From IMG/VR virus record IMGVR_UViG_3300044621_002455: a DNA stretch of 64,000 nucleotides; one strand, written 5' to 3'. Positions 7,447-17,286 of the stretch are shown here, piece by piece; the stretch's first letter is position 1; each line of letters begins with the position of its first letter. The notes under the pieces are model-generated. The model did no database searches, was not told the DNA's origin, and saw only the letters and a program-made list of their open reading frames with translations. The DNA is from an uncultured virus (IMG/VR IMGVR_UViG_3300044621_002455) (lineage: Duplodnaviria; Heunggongvirae; Uroviricota; Caudoviricetes). Both the position numbers and the translations under genes were made by a program.

Positions 7447-9459
7447 TTAGAACCAATCATCCTCGTCTTCCCTTGCGGGAAGATTTTCATTTGTCACCAT
7501 GGAAACAGGCTCTTCTTGCGGAGCTTGTTCCTGAGCGGGAGCATCTTCAAAAGCAAGATCAGGCTCAACGTAATCCCACGAATGGTAAACCCTATCCCTT
7601 TCTCCATTGGGACCAACGCTGAAGCTGCTGCTAATCAAACCTTGCCGCCTGGCCACTTCCAGCATCTTGCCCGTGGAGCCAGTGTCAAAGCTGCCTGACA
7701 GCATTGCCACTTGTTGTTTGGTGAAGCGTTCAGTTTTGCGCATTTCCACGACGTTCACCACTTGATTTAGCTCTTCCAAAGAACCACCAACTGGTCCTGC
7801 ATAGTGCCAACCATATGTGAGATTGTCCCGTTTGAGCACGTGCTTACCTGTGAGGCCGCTCCTGCTCTTCATCCACTCCAGCGTAAATTCATTCGGATCG
7901 AAGCTTTCAGAACGCGTGAGCTTCACCACTTCACTAACGTTGTCTACAAAGCTTGTTGAATCGCGCAGACCTCCGCTTTTGTTCAAATGGTGGAGAATGA
8001 GGATAGAGCAACGATACGTATTAGCAAGATCACGCAGGCCATAAATAACGTCACCAGCATTGCTCTTCACCATGTCAACGTCCATGCCAGCAAGGCAAGC
8101 AGTGAGGCTATCAATCACCACAAACAGCGGACGCTCCTTCCTCACGTATTCTTCTAGCTGTCGCATGTGAGCAAAGCGCCAAGTTTCCCAAAATTCAATG
8201 GTGCGAGGAGCAAGGGCAGTGTCTTGATAGCCAATAACGGAAAGCTTTTCGCTGGTATCAATGAGAGGCTCGTCACTTTGACAAATGAGCGTTTTGCCTT
8301 TCATGCAACGCCTGCCGCTCCATTTTGTACCAAGACCAATATTAAGAGCCCAGTTATATGCCACTGTTGATTTGCCCGTGCCGCCTCCAGCGGCAAGCAA
8401 CGTCACGCTGCCCAAGGGGATGATGCCAGCAATGAGCCATTCACGAGCTTTGTCAGCATTGGCGATGGACAGTGCATCAATACTTTCAAGCTCTTCTCTG
8501 CCATAGATGCGTTCTTTTGCTTCGGCAATGATCTTCTCAACATTCTGCTGATTCATCTTCACGCCACGTTGCTCTAGCCAATTGCCAGTTTCGTAAGCAA
8601 TGCGTGAATCATTGGCATAGAGGCCAACAAAATTTTCAATGGTGGAAATGATTTCCTCATAGGCAGGCTTGCCGTCTTGCCCTTGATGACGGCTTTTGGA
8701 AACAATGGATGAGAGGAGATCGTCTTTGCTAGCCCCTTCTTCAATGTAATCGCCTAAGTCATAGCCATTTCCTGAGGGGAGATTGTCCCATTCCCACGAA
8801 CGAGGATCTGCATAAAGCCAGCTTGCTCCAGGATTATCATTGGCAATTTCTGCCATGAAGCCAACGCCTTGCTCGTCGCGATCAGGACAAAGAACAAGCT
8901 TCCTGTTACGGAAAAGGCTTGAATAGTCACCATTAGTGCGATACTGTTTGCTGCCGCCGAGGAAAGTAATGCAGGGAATATCAAGAGCCCACACTGCTTC
9001 GCATGTAAGTTCTCCTTCAACAATAAAAATGGGAAGGCCAGTTTCATCGCTTTTATTTATTGCATCGTCGTAGCGATAGGGAAGAACATTGGCTTTAATT
9101 TCCTTGAGCTGGGTTTTATGGCCCTTCTCATTTTTGTCAATAGTGGGAAAGTCTTGCCAAATCTTTTTGCTGCCTGAAGTGTCGTCACGATGAACTATTA
9201 CTACTTCCTTTCCATTGTTATTTTTATAGGCGAACGAATAGCTGCCAGCATCACGAGGGGGCTTCTCCCATCTGGTGAGCGGGGCTAAGGCATCGCGGAT
9301 TTCAGCGCGGTGAGCAGGGCTGGTGTCGTGCCAGCAGTTGTAGGCCTCAGTGTTTTTATTGACAGTGAAATCATTCCCGCCGCATGCAGGGCATTGATAC
9401 TTGCCTGGCTCGTTGCTTGGCTCCAGTTGTTCGAGGTGATCGAGGATGGAGAAGGTCAT
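7447..9459 (-). CDS. primase-helicase (Zn finger + TOPRIM + RepA/AAA_25-like SF4 helicase)
   Basis: CPACGG zinc finger, TOPRIM IVEGE...CPDRD, Walker A AAGGGTGKS, Walker B VVIDS, ILHHLNK. Confidence 0.9.
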   Translation of the reverse strand: MTFSILDHLEQLEPSNEPGKYQCPACGGNDFTVNKNTEAYNCWHDTSPAHRAEIRDALAPLTRWEKPPRDAGSYSFAYKNNNGKEVVIVHRDDTSGSKKIWQDFPTIDKNEKGHKTQLKEIKANVLPYRYDDAINKSDETGLPIFIVEGELTCEAVWALDIPCITFLGGSKQYRTNGDYSSLFRNRKLVLCPDRDEQGVGFMAEIANDNPGASWLYADPRSWEWDNLPSGNGYDLGDYIEEGASKDDLLSSIVSKSRHQGQDGKPAYEEIISTIENFVGLYANDSRIAYETGNWLEQRGVKMNQQNVEKIIAEAKERIYGREELESIDALSIANADKAREWLIAGIIPLGSVTLLAAGGGTGKSTVAYNWALNIGLGTKWSGRRCMKGKTLICQSDEPLIDTSEKLSVIGYQDTALAPRTIEFWETWRFAHMRQLEEYVRKERPLFVVIDSLTACLAGMDVDMVKSNAGDVIYGLRDLANTYRCSILILHHLNKSGGLRDSTSFVDNVSEVVKLTRSESFDPNEFTLEWMKSRSGLTGKHVLKRDNLTYGWHYAGPVGGSLEELNQVVNVVEMRKTERFTKQQVAMLSGSFDTGSTGKMLEVARRQGLISSSFSVGPNGERDRVYHSWDYVEPDLAFEDAPAQEQAPQEEPVSMVTNENLPAREDEDDWF

Positions 9460-9549
9460 GGGGGAAGGTGAGATGAGGGTGTTCTAGCACCAGAATCCTG
9501 CTGCTGCAAGGCTTTCACAATTCTTAACGCGCCCTTCAGCTCCCGAGCC

Positions 9550-9577
9550 TTGACGGGCTGGCCATAACGGCTATATT
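9550..9577 (+). promoter_or_regulatory. sigma70-type promoter of the rightward replication operon
   Basis: TTGACG-16 nt-TATATT. Confidence 0.6.
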
Positions 9578-9667
9578 GGCCATGTCCCTCGCAAGGCACA
9601 ACCATGGAGCTTTGGCTGGCCGCCATTATCGGCTTCAGCATTGGCTACCTTCTCGGCCCTTTGTTTT

Positions 9668-9910
9668 ATGACCATTGATCACGGCGAACCCAAGAAGAGC
9701 CGCCACTTCACCCTCACTGACACTGCCTACAACCATCTCAAGGACATTGCCCATGAAGCACGACTGAGCCTCAGCGAGACTATCGAACGTCTCATCCGCA
9801 CAACTTCTCCATGGGAAGGAAATGCAGTGCTTTCTGACGGTGCATTCTCCCTGGTAGAAGACCATTCCATTGTTTCCGAAATTGAGGATTATGAAGGTTT
9901 CTCAGCTTAA
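9668..9910 (+). CDS. ribbon-helix-helix (CopG-like) DNA-binding protein
   Basis: KKSRHFTLTDTAYNHLKDIAHEARLSLSETIERLIR has the RHH strand-helix-helix pattern. Confidence 0.65.
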   Translation: MTIDHGEPKKSRHFTLTDTAYNHLKDIAHEARLSLSETIERLIRTTSPWEGNAVLSDGAFSLVEDHSIVSEIEDYEGFSA

Positions 9911-10351
9911 GCTTGCTTGTGAAGAGTTTCTTCTGGAATTTCCCGACACGGAAGTGAAGCTTCTCTGGGAAGAAGGCGTTCTCACTGAGAACTACGATCC
10001 CGAATGCCTAGAAGAGCCCACTGATGTGAGGGCGATTAATGACTGGCCGCTCCCTGGCGACAGCTTGATCGTCAAGAGTGAGGTGCCTTCCAAAATGTTT
10101 GTCATTATGTATGGCGAATATCAGCCCGCCTTTGGCTACGAAACCGTTGCCTCCATTGATTGATGGACTTCCCCAATCTCACCACCTCTGAGCTTTCTGC
10201 TCGCATGAAGCAAATGGACCATGACGTGGTTCATTGTCTTGATTGCTTTCTTTCTGATACTGGCGTGGCCGTAACTGGACTGAGCCTTTCGTTTGATGAA
10301 GAAACTGAAGAGTATCTTCTTGATTGGCACTTCGCTTTTCTTGAAGAATGA
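9891..10351 (+). CDS. two acidic hypothetical proteins (9891-10163, 10163-10351)
   Basis: Coupled ORFs within the operon. Confidence 0.6.
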
Positions 10352-11289
10352 ACCACACTATCCTCACCTACTCCCCCTCCGACTTTTCCAGCATGGAAGA
10401 CTCCGCAAAACAAGCAATGATGGACCGTTACAACGGCGTCTTCACTCCCTTGGAGATCAGCGCCGAAGCTTTCAAAACGGCTTACGACACCCCTGACATT
10501 GGCCCCCACATTGAAAAGGACTACAAAGGCCTCTCCTATCTGTCGTGGCCTTTTGCCTTCCGCTATCTGAAGGAGCATTTCCCGACGTTGTTTGTAGCGT
10601 TTGAAGAGAAGACCATTGGCTGGCCTGTATTTGGTGAGCCTGGTGCCTTCATCCTTCGCCCCTATCTCACTGATGGGATCAAGCGCACGCCTGCGCTGGT
10701 ATTTCCAATCATGGACCGTAAGCACAATTCCATTCAACAGCTTGATGGTCGTGCCATTTCCGACAACATCCAACGTGCCAGCGTCAAGGCAATTGCTACG
10801 TTCACGGGCCTTGGTCTTCGGCTCTATGCCGGAGAGGACATCCCCAAGGAAGAGGCAAAGCCGGCGCTGCAGCAGGACACGCCCAAGGCGCCTGCACGCA
10901 CTAAGGCTGCCCCTAAAGCAAGCGCTCCTGCTGCTGGAAGCGAAGGGACTGCTCCCGCCGCTGATACAGGGGCCTCTGAGCCCTTCGATGCGAAGGCAGC
11001 TCTCATGGCAGTGTGCAAAGCCAATCCCCTCGGCTATCTAGACGAGAAGGCTTCCATGGCAGCAGGCAAGGCCTCCTTGGAAAGCATTGGCTTGGCACGC
11101 GCCACGGAAGTGAAGAGCTGGCAAGCCTTCGGAAACGTCGTCGCATCAATGATGACGCTATGGGCCAAGGAGCAAGAAATTGTCATTAGCAAAGCTGAAA
11201 TGACAGAGGAAATCAATCTTGTTCGTGGCCTTGAAGACACCAGTGCCATCATTGAAGGCATGAAGGCTTTCGTGGCAAAAAAGAAATAG
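10348..11289 (+). CDS. Sak3/DUF1071-family single-strand annealing protein
   Basis: LSYLSWPFA, FPIMDRKHNSI and ISDNIQRASVKAIA..GLGLRLYAGEDIP motifs. Confidence 0.8.
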   Translation: MNHTILTYSPSDFSSMEDSAKQAMMDRYNGVFTPLEISAEAFKTAYDTPDIGPHIEKDYKGLSYLSWPFAFRYLKEHFPTLFVAFEEKTIGWPVFGEPGAFILRPYLTDGIKRTPALVFPIMDRKHNSIQQLDGRAISDNIQRASVKAIATFTGLGLRLYAGEDIPKEEAKPALQQDTPKAPARTKAAPKASAPAAGSEGTAPAADTGASEPFDAKAALMAVCKANPLGYLDEKASMAAGKASLESIGLARATEVKSWQAFGNVVASMMTLWAKEQEIVISKAEMTEEINLVRGLEDTSAIIEGMKAFVAKKK

Positions 11290-11477
11290 ACCTGGCGGCG
11301 GCCCGCTTAGCGCGGGCCTTTGCTGGCGCTGTTTGCATTGATGATGACTTTCTTCCCATTGTTGAGCTTCCTCCCAGGCTATTTGGCGAATGATCCTCTT
11401 GGCTTGTTTCTTCTCGTTACCTTCACATGCTTGATCCTTGCTCTGTCAATTCTCGCCATCCTTTCATTGATAGTCCC

Positions 11478-11991
11478 ATGAGCCGCTTCACCTTCCTGAA
11501 TGAAGACGGAGAAACGAAAATCTCCCATTCTTTTCACAATATCTACGGTCCCGAAATTATGCACAATTTCAAGGACTTCCTGCTTGGCTGTGGCTTTCTT
11601 GAGAGCACGGTGATTGAGGCCATGCACGGAGTGATTGAAGAATACGAAAGCCTCCATCCTCGAAAGCGCGATGCGAAACCAGCGGTCTTTGATTGATGCT
11701 TGTCATGAAGCGTTCTGGAGCTTTTCTGAAGACACGCTTAGCAGTGATCGTCGCATTGCTGCATTGCTCAAGACTATTGCTGATTTTCCTCTGGCTGATC
11801 GAACTTTTCTTTCTCAAACTGCACATCGTATTCTCATGGCCGATATTGGCAAGTGCTCGGGCGATGGATGCCCTGTCAAGGAAGACTGTTGGCGTTACTT
11901 GGCGCCTGCTTCCGATTGGCAGAGCTATTTCGCTCCGCCTCCATTCACGGAGGAAGGCTGCGACTACTTCTGGGACGTGAACGAGAAATGA
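11478..11991 (+). CDS. two hypothetical proteins (11478-11696, 11671-11991)
   Basis: Coupled ORFs; the second ends in a Cys cluster DIGKC..GCP.K.DCWRY...C..FW. Confidence 0.55.
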
Positions 11992-12224
11992 AAACCATTC
12001 TCTTCCTTTTTGCCTTTACATTGCTGCCCAGTTCCGCCTTGGCGCAAGCACAGCCCATACAAAAGACAGGCTATAGCTGTCCTCTTGGTTATTACGTTTC
12101 AGGAAGCTATTGCATGCCAAGTGCAGGCAATCGCAGTAAATGGTCCATTCCCAAGGATGGCCCATCTTGTCCACTAGGCTCTTATGTTTCTGGCAATTAT
12201 TGCACGAAATCTTATGCCCGATAA
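11988..12224 (+). CDS. small secreted Cys-repeat protein
   Basis: Signal peptide MKTILFLFAF..., two repeats SCPLGYYVSGSYC / SCPLGSYVSGNYC. Confidence 0.7.
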   Translation: MKTILFLFAFTLLPSSALAQAQPIQKTGYSCPLGYYVSGSYCMPSAGNRSKWSIPKDGPSCPLGSYVSGNYCTKSYAR

Positions 12225-13024
12225 TGGCCTGCTACGATCTATGCCTCTCCTCCCTTCAAATGCAAGCATTTCCCCGTTACGAACCCAACCGGCTACAAAT
12301 TCAGAAGAAACGTTATTACGTTTGCGGCGATTTTCCCAATGTCCCCGCCGAACTTGTTTTGCCCTCTGTGACAACTATTGCGAGCGCGTGTTCTCCGCCT
12401 GGCAAAATTGCGGCGCTAATGAATTGGCGCAAGAAAGTGGGCAATGAAGAAGCTAATCGTCGCACTCGTAATGCAGTGGACAGGGGCAACTGGCTCCATG
12501 GAGTGCTAGAGGATCTATGGAATGGAGAAGACATTCAATGCCATCTCGATTCCCATGAGAAATACGTGCCTTATTTTGAAAGCATTATGGGCTTTCTTGA
12601 GAGTGTTGATAGTCCATTGCTTGTGGAAAGTGCCATTGCTTGGTATGATCCGGCGCAAGAAATTGGCTATTCAGGCACCTTTGATATGCTTGCCAAAATG
12701 AACAGCGGAGCCTATGCCTTGTTGGATTGGAAGACAAGCTACAAAGAGAAGCCTGATACGCAACTGGCCGACTATCGCATGCAGCTTGGTGCCTACGTGC
12801 AGGCGATTGAGCAGATGTATGACATAGAAGTGAACGAGGCGCATTGTGCCATCGCCATCCATGATCCTGATACTGGCCATTCTCAAGAAGCGCAAATCGT
12901 GAGCCTTTCAGCAGGAGAGCTTGCGATGCAGGCAGGCATCATGGTGCAGAAAGTGCAGCAGTTCTTCTTCGAGCACTACCCAGGCGGACGCCCCTTAACA
13001 ATTTCTATGGACAGGGGCGCTTGA
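12224..13024 (+). CDS. PD-(D/E)XK exonuclease (Cas4/RecB-like), likely partner of the annealing protein
   Basis: LPSVTTI, RGNWLHGVLE, YSGTFD..LLDWKTS, QLGAY. Confidence 0.85.
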   Translation: MACYDLCLSSLQMQAFPRYEPNRLQIQKKRYYVCGDFPNVPAELVLPSVTTIASACSPPGKIAALMNWRKKVGNEEANRRTRNAVDRGNWLHGVLEDLWNGEDIQCHLDSHEKYVPYFESIMGFLESVDSPLLVESAIAWYDPAQEIGYSGTFDMLAKMNSGAYALLDWKTSYKEKPDTQLADYRMQLGAYVQAIEQMYDIEVNEAHCAIAIHDPDTGHSQEAQIVSLSAGELAMQAGIMVQKVQQFFFEHYPGGRPLTISMDRGA

Positions 13025-13049
13025 CCTCTGTTCATGCTGGCGTTATGCT
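13021..13049 (+). promoter_or_regulatory. sigma70-type promoter upstream of the SSB-like gene
   Basis: TTGACC-17 nt-TATGCT. Confidence 0.55.
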
Positions 13050-13147
13050 GGCAATGCCCTAGAGCCGATTCAGCCAGTGTTCTCGCTCAACGAGATTCAC
13101 CCTCTGTTCGGCCAAGGCCCACTACATTCCTTTCTGAGGACTACCAA

Positions 13148-13420
13148 ATGCCTTCTGGCAATCTGCCCGTGTTTAGCGGCACCGTCGATCTCACTTCCGA
13201 CATTCTGAACGCTGCCAAAAAGCAAGGCCCCAACGCTCAAGGAAACTATTCCTTCCGCGTGGCCCTGTGGAACAATGACAAGCGTGATAAGGACACTGCC
13301 CCCCATTACAAAGGGCAAGTGACTGTCAATAAAATGCAGGACAGCCCCAAGGCCTATTCCAGCTTCTGGCGCAATGAAGAAGCTGGCAGCAGTTCTGGCT
13401 CCTCAGACGATCTGTTCTGA
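13148..13420 (+). CDS. single-stranded DNA-binding protein-like
   Basis: RVALWNND....APHYKGQV OB-like core and acidic-aromatic tail SSDDLF; located next to the exonuclease and annealing protein. Confidence 0.6.
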   Translation: MPSGNLPVFSGTVDLTSDILNAAKKQGPNAQGNYSFRVALWNNDKRDKDTAPHYKGQVTVNKMQDSPKAYSSFWRNEEAGSSSGSSDDLF

Positions 13421-13477
13421 GCTTCGTTTCCATTGTTCATGAGGGCGCTAATGCGCCCTTTTCTTTTCTTCAAAACC

Positions 13478-14062
13478 ATGCTTCTGAATGACAAGGAAAT
13501 CAGCATTCTTGCTGAAAATGATATTATTTTTCCTTTTGTCGGGGAGAAAACCAGAGAGCTTGACAATGGCACCAAAGCCCTCTCATACGGACTGAGCCAT
13601 GCTGGATATGACCTCAGGCTCTCGCCAAAGGGCTTCATGGTCATCAACAACAACCGCCCCGTGGAGGCTCTCGATGTTAAGAGCTTCAATAAGGATCTGA
13701 TGTATGAGGCTTCTCCCATCGAAGAAAATGGCTCTACGTTCTTCGTGCTGCCCCCGTTCTCCTACGCTCTTGGCGTGAGTGTGGAATTGCTGACAATGCC
13801 GCCTAACATAATGGGACTGACTGACGGCAAGAGCACGTATGCAAGACAAGGTACGATCATTAACGTTACGCCAATTGAGCCTGGCTGGTCTGGCCATCTC
13901 ACTATTTGTATTGTCAATCCCTTGGCTTTTCCCGTTCGCATTTATGCAAACGAAGGAATCGTGCAAGTTATGTTCGCTCGCCTCTCCAGTGCAGCAGATC
14001 AGGATTATGGACAAGGCAAATATCAAAACCAAGGCGCTAACGTAGCGTTTGCTGCTGTCTAA
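13478..14062 (+). CDS. dcd: dCTP deaminase
   Basis: SYGLSHAGYDLRL, GKSTYARQG, TPIEPGWSGHLTI, IYANEGIVQ, KYQNQ. Confidence 0.9.
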   Translation: MLLNDKEISILAENDIIFPFVGEKTRELDNGTKALSYGLSHAGYDLRLSPKGFMVINNNRPVEALDVKSFNKDLMYEASPIEENGSTFFVLPPFSYALGVSVELLTMPPNIMGLTDGKSTYARQGTIINVTPIEPGWSGHLTICIVNPLAFPVRIYANEGIVQVMFARLSSAADQDYGQGKYQNQGANVAFAAV

Positions 14063-14065
14063 TTA

Positions 14066-14428
14066 GTGAGCGCTCTTGAAGACCAGTTTATCGGACTGTG
14101 GCAAGCTAATTTTCCCGATCTTCCATTGATCAGAGAATTCAGCGACGTGCCAACATGGGAAGCTGATTTTCAAGAGCGCTATGCAAAAAGCAAACGTTCA
14201 AAACGCTATAGGGCAGACTTCGCTCATCTGCCCTCACAAAGTCTCATTGAAATTCAAGGGGGCACCTTCAGCAGAGGTAGGCACGTAACCGGCTCAGGCT
14301 ATGAGCGCGATGCCCGTAAATTCAACCTTGCAACAATGGGAGGGTGGAAAGTATTTCTCCTTACCACCCAAACGGCCAAGGAAACTTTTTGGCTTGAGCG
14401 GATTGCTGCTTCCTTGCGAACTGCGTAA
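14066..14428 (+). CDS. Vsr/DUF559-like endonuclease (possible resolvase)
   Basis: YRADFA...IEIQGG..GRH..GYERD..K.NLA...GWKV. Confidence 0.7.
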   Translation: MSALEDQFIGLWQANFPDLPLIREFSDVPTWEADFQERYAKSKRSKRYRADFAHLPSQSLIEIQGGTFSRGRHVTGSGYERDARKFNLATMGGWKVFLLTTQTAKETFWLERIAASLRTA

Positions 14429-14735
14429 CGGCATCAGCAGCTTCCCCTAGCAGCTCATCAGCAGCTTCCAGATCGGCCTGTTGCATCTGCATGGCTTGAC
14501 GCAGTTCTAGGTTTTCTTTCACCAACGATGTGACGGCTTCTTGCATGTTGCTCCAGCCTTCCATCATCGTGCAGGCCACTTCCCGCAGTTTGTCAATGTC
14601 CTTGCATTCGCTGAGCGCCTTCTTGTTGGCAACGAGAGCAAAGTCTCGTTCCATGCTGCGTTCAAAAGGCCCCATAATGCCAATACAATCTTGACCATTG
14701 TATTTTAAGCCAATGGGAATCGAGAAGGTGCTCAT
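14361..14735 (-). CDS. possible NblA-like phycobilisome degradation adaptor with coiled-coil tail
   Basis: SMERDFAL...LSECKDIDKLRE...WSNMQEAVTSLVKENL resembles the NblA helix-loop-helix pattern; weak visual match only. Confidence 0.4.
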   Translation of the reverse strand: MSTFSIPIGLKYNGQDCIGIMGPFERSMERDFALVANKKALSECKDIDKLREVACTMMEGWSNMQEAVTSLVKENLELRQAMQMQQADLEAADELLGEAADAVTQFARKQQSAQAKKFPWPFGW

Positions 14736-14765
14736 TGATCTTGCATTGTTTCGTTTAGCCTAGCC

Positions 14766-15282
14766 ATGCAGCGATTTGGCAAACGGTTTGTTTATCGGGT
14801 GGACGATGGGAAGGATGCCGTAAAATGCGGGACGGGCTACCGCCCCTATAAGCTCCCTCGAACGCCTCGCAACCATGAATGGCTGGTCGGACAAGACGTG
14901 GTGTACGTACAACGTACAGCCGCAGGATGGATGCCCTCCTCCATTGTTGGCACCATTGAAGGGTTTGATGCAAGCGGACGCGCCAGGAAGGCACGAGTAC
15001 GCTGGCATTCAGCTACGAATATTGCTCCTACAATCAGTTTGCAACGACTTCGGCCTCTCTCGCTGATCAACCGTGATTACCAAGGCAACTGACGACTTGA
15101 TTAAAGACTTTTCTAAGATTGCCGCGACTCTACTTGTAGCCTTTGGTCTTTTATGCCTGCGGGCTTGGCTCGTAAGTGTTTGCGCTGCTCTATTGGCTCC
15201 AAGCTTCACGCTTGGCTTTTGGCAATGGTTCTTGATTGCTGCCACCTTCCGCACCCTTATTGCTACGGACAAAGCTGAATGA
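14766..15282 (+). CDS. hypothetical protein (14766-15092) and small membrane protein (15073-15282)
   Basis: Coupled ORFs; the second has two hydrophobic segments. Confidence 0.6.
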
Positions 15283-15986
15283 TGGCCAAAATTGATCCAC
15301 TGATGGATGGCATCAGCTTTGTGCGTCTCATTGATTGGATGGGAAGCTCGCTTGACATTGTTTGTGATGCCAGGCAAAGCTTTGATCAAAGCAGCAGCGA
15401 ATGGTCCGAAAAGGACCAGAAGCTTCTTAACTATCTAGTGCAGCACAAACACACCAGTCCCTTTCGTGGCGTGGTCACAAAATGGCAAGTGAAAGCTCCG
15501 CTTTATGTTTGTCGTCAATGGTGGAAGCATGTTATTGGCGGGACGTTCGCTAATGACACGCTTGGCTGGAACGAGAAAAGCTTTCGCTACTGCGAAGCTG
15601 ACGATGAGGCTTTTTATATGCCTCGTGAATTCAGGCAGCAAAGCTCCAGTAACAAACAAGCCTCTAGTGGGCCTCTGGAGCCGAGCATGAACCAAGTGGC
15701 AATGATTGAATATGCCAAGGCTCTTGAGCAGGCAAAGCAGGCTTACAGGGCGCTGCTGACGCTAGGCGTGGCGAAGGAGCAAGCTAGGGGCATCCTGCCC
15801 ATGGCTTCATATTCATCGTTCACGTGGACCTGCAGCTTGCAAGCTTTGTTACATTTCATTTCATTGCGAGATGAAACTGGCAGTCAGTGGGAGATTCAGG
15901 CTTATGCTCAAGCCTTGTCCACTCTCGCCCGTCCATTGTTCAAAGAGGCTTTCGAGGCCTTTGATCTTCACCAATCTTCTTTCTAA
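15279..15986 (+). CDS. thyX: flavin-dependent thymidylate synthase
   Basis: H.SPF, KAPLYVCRQWWKH, NEKSFRY, EQARGILP, SQWEIQAYA. Confidence 0.88.
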   Translation: MMAKIDPLMDGISFVRLIDWMGSSLDIVCDARQSFDQSSSEWSEKDQKLLNYLVQHKHTSPFRGVVTKWQVKAPLYVCRQWWKHVIGGTFANDTLGWNEKSFRYCEADDEAFYMPREFRQQSSSNKQASSGPLEPSMNQVAMIEYAKALEQAKQAYRALLTLGVAKEQARGILPMASYSSFTWTCSLQALLHFISLRDETGSQWEIQAYAQALSTLARPLFKEAFEAFDLHQSSF

Positions 15987-16333
15987 TGACTGACGCTGTG
16001 AATCATCCCCGTCATTATGCCAAAAATGGCGGCATTGAATGTATTGAGGCCATTGAAGCTTCAATGGACAAAGATGATTTTCGTGGTTTCCTAAAAGGGA
16101 ACATTCTGAAATATGTTTGGCGCTACGAAGAAAAAAATGGCCTAGAAGATTTGAAGAAAGCTAGTTGGTATCTTGATCTTCTCATTTTCAATATAGAAAA
16201 CGAGCCACAACAAGAAGCTGTGGAAGCTCTTGAGAATGCCTCTCAAGAATGCGAAGGAGGATTCTGTCCGATGCCCGGCATTCGCTATGACCTCCCTGGA
16301 AAGCAAATCACTTTCGCTCCAGTAGAAAACTAA
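15986..16333 (+). CDS. DUF3310 (SaV-like) protein
   Basis: VNHPRHY..GGIECIEAI...GFLKGNILKYVWRY..KNGLEDLKKA.WYL. Confidence 0.85.
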   Translation: MTDAVNHPRHYAKNGGIECIEAIEASMDKDDFRGFLKGNILKYVWRYEEKNGLEDLKKASWYLDLLIFNIENEPQQEAVEALENASQECEGGFCPMPGIRYDLPGKQITFAPVEN

Positions 16334-16812
16334 GCAACATTACAACAGAGCCCCCATGAGGGGGCTTTTTCATGCTCAATTTTTTGGTGCATGGGCAGAA
16401 CAATCCCTTTCTTCTCGCACCATTCCTCAAGATGCTTTTGGTCAGTGTGAGCACTGACAAAGCTATTGCAATACACCCAAGCCATCAGAATCTCCTCTCG
16501 CTTTTCCGTCCAGAATTGCTGAGGACGCCACCATTCAAAAAGATTTTCGTTTCCCTTGGACAGATTACAGGTTCGACAAGAGGGCACAAGATTAAACTTA
16601 CTGAAGTGCGGGCCGCCTTTACTCTTCGGAACAATATGGTCAATCGTAAGCTTTTCTCCCCATTCTCCGCAATAAGCACAAGCGCATTGGCCAAATGGCC
16701 CCCTCAAAAAATAATCTTCAAAAATGCTCTTACGGAATCTACGTTTTGCATCACCAGGGCGAAGTTCAATGAGAGAATAAAGCAGCTCATCAGGACCATT
16801 CGCTCTAAGCAT
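16330..16812 (-). CDS. HNH endonuclease
   Basis: CAYCG...TIDHIVPKSKGG...NLVPSCRTCNLSKG. Confidence 0.85.
   Translation of the reverse strand: MLRANGPDELLYSLIELRPGDAKRRFRKSIFEDYFLRGPFGQCACAYCGEWGEKLTIDHIVPKSKGGPHFSKFNLVPSCRTCNLSKGNENLFEWWRPQQFWTEKREEILMAWVYCNSFVSAHTDQKHLEEWCEKKGIVLPMHQKIEHEKAPSWGLCCNVA
16349..16370 (+). terminator. intrinsic terminator ending the replication operon
   Basis: AGCCCCC-ATGA-GGGGGCT followed by a T run. Confidence 0.65.
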
Positions 16813-16898
16813 GGCACTATTTAGTTGTCTTGCCCATAGTTTAACGCTAAATAATGTCCCATGAATTTCGTCTAGAATTAGAGCATTGATTGTCGGCT

Positions 16899-17108
16899 AT
16901 GGACAGTTTCAAGGACGGCCTTGCAAATTTCGTAGCCACCATCACGGCTGGTATGTTGCTTTCAACGGGCGCCATGCTTATAGCCGTAGGCACTCAACAA
17001 GCAAAGGTGGCAGTACAAATTGAAACCGTCACAGAGAAGCTTTCTACGCTTACAGACAAGATGAGCGAAATGGAAGCAAGAGTACGAAACCTAGAGATTG
17101 AACGCTAG
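16899..17108 (+). CDS. membrane-anchored coiled-coil protein (lysis-associated)
   Basis: TM segment plus heptad repeat, upstream of the holin and endolysin. Confidence 0.55.
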   Translation: MDSFKDGLANFVATITAGMLLSTGAMLIAVGTQQAKVAVQIETVTEKLSTLTDKMSEMEARVRNLEIER

Positions 17109-17138
17109 GCTATTTATATTCCCGTTGCATCTCTCATC

Positions 17139-17282
17139 ATGAGCGGCATTGAATGGTTCGTGATTGGTGGCATCATTGTTGCTGCTGTTGACCAAATCAT
17201 CGAACGCACTCCCTATAAGGAAAACAATATCATCCAGCTTCTGCTGACTGGCCTCAAAGCAGTCTTCCGCGTGAAGGGCTGA
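17139..17282 (+). CDS. putative holin (47 aa)
   Basis: MSGIEWFVIGGIIVAAVDQIIERTPYKENNIIQLLL...; ends 4 nt before the endolysin ATG. Confidence 0.55.
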   Translation: MSGIEWFVIGGIIVAAVDQIIERTPYKENNIIQLLLTGLKAVFRVKG

Positions 17283-17286
17283 AGCC

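Noticed and set aside
13478..16333. DNA base hypermodification pathway (Z, 7-deazaguanine, hmC)
   Set aside because: Only dcd, thyX and DUF3310 are present; no purZ, queC/D/E, dpdA or hydroxymethylase recognised
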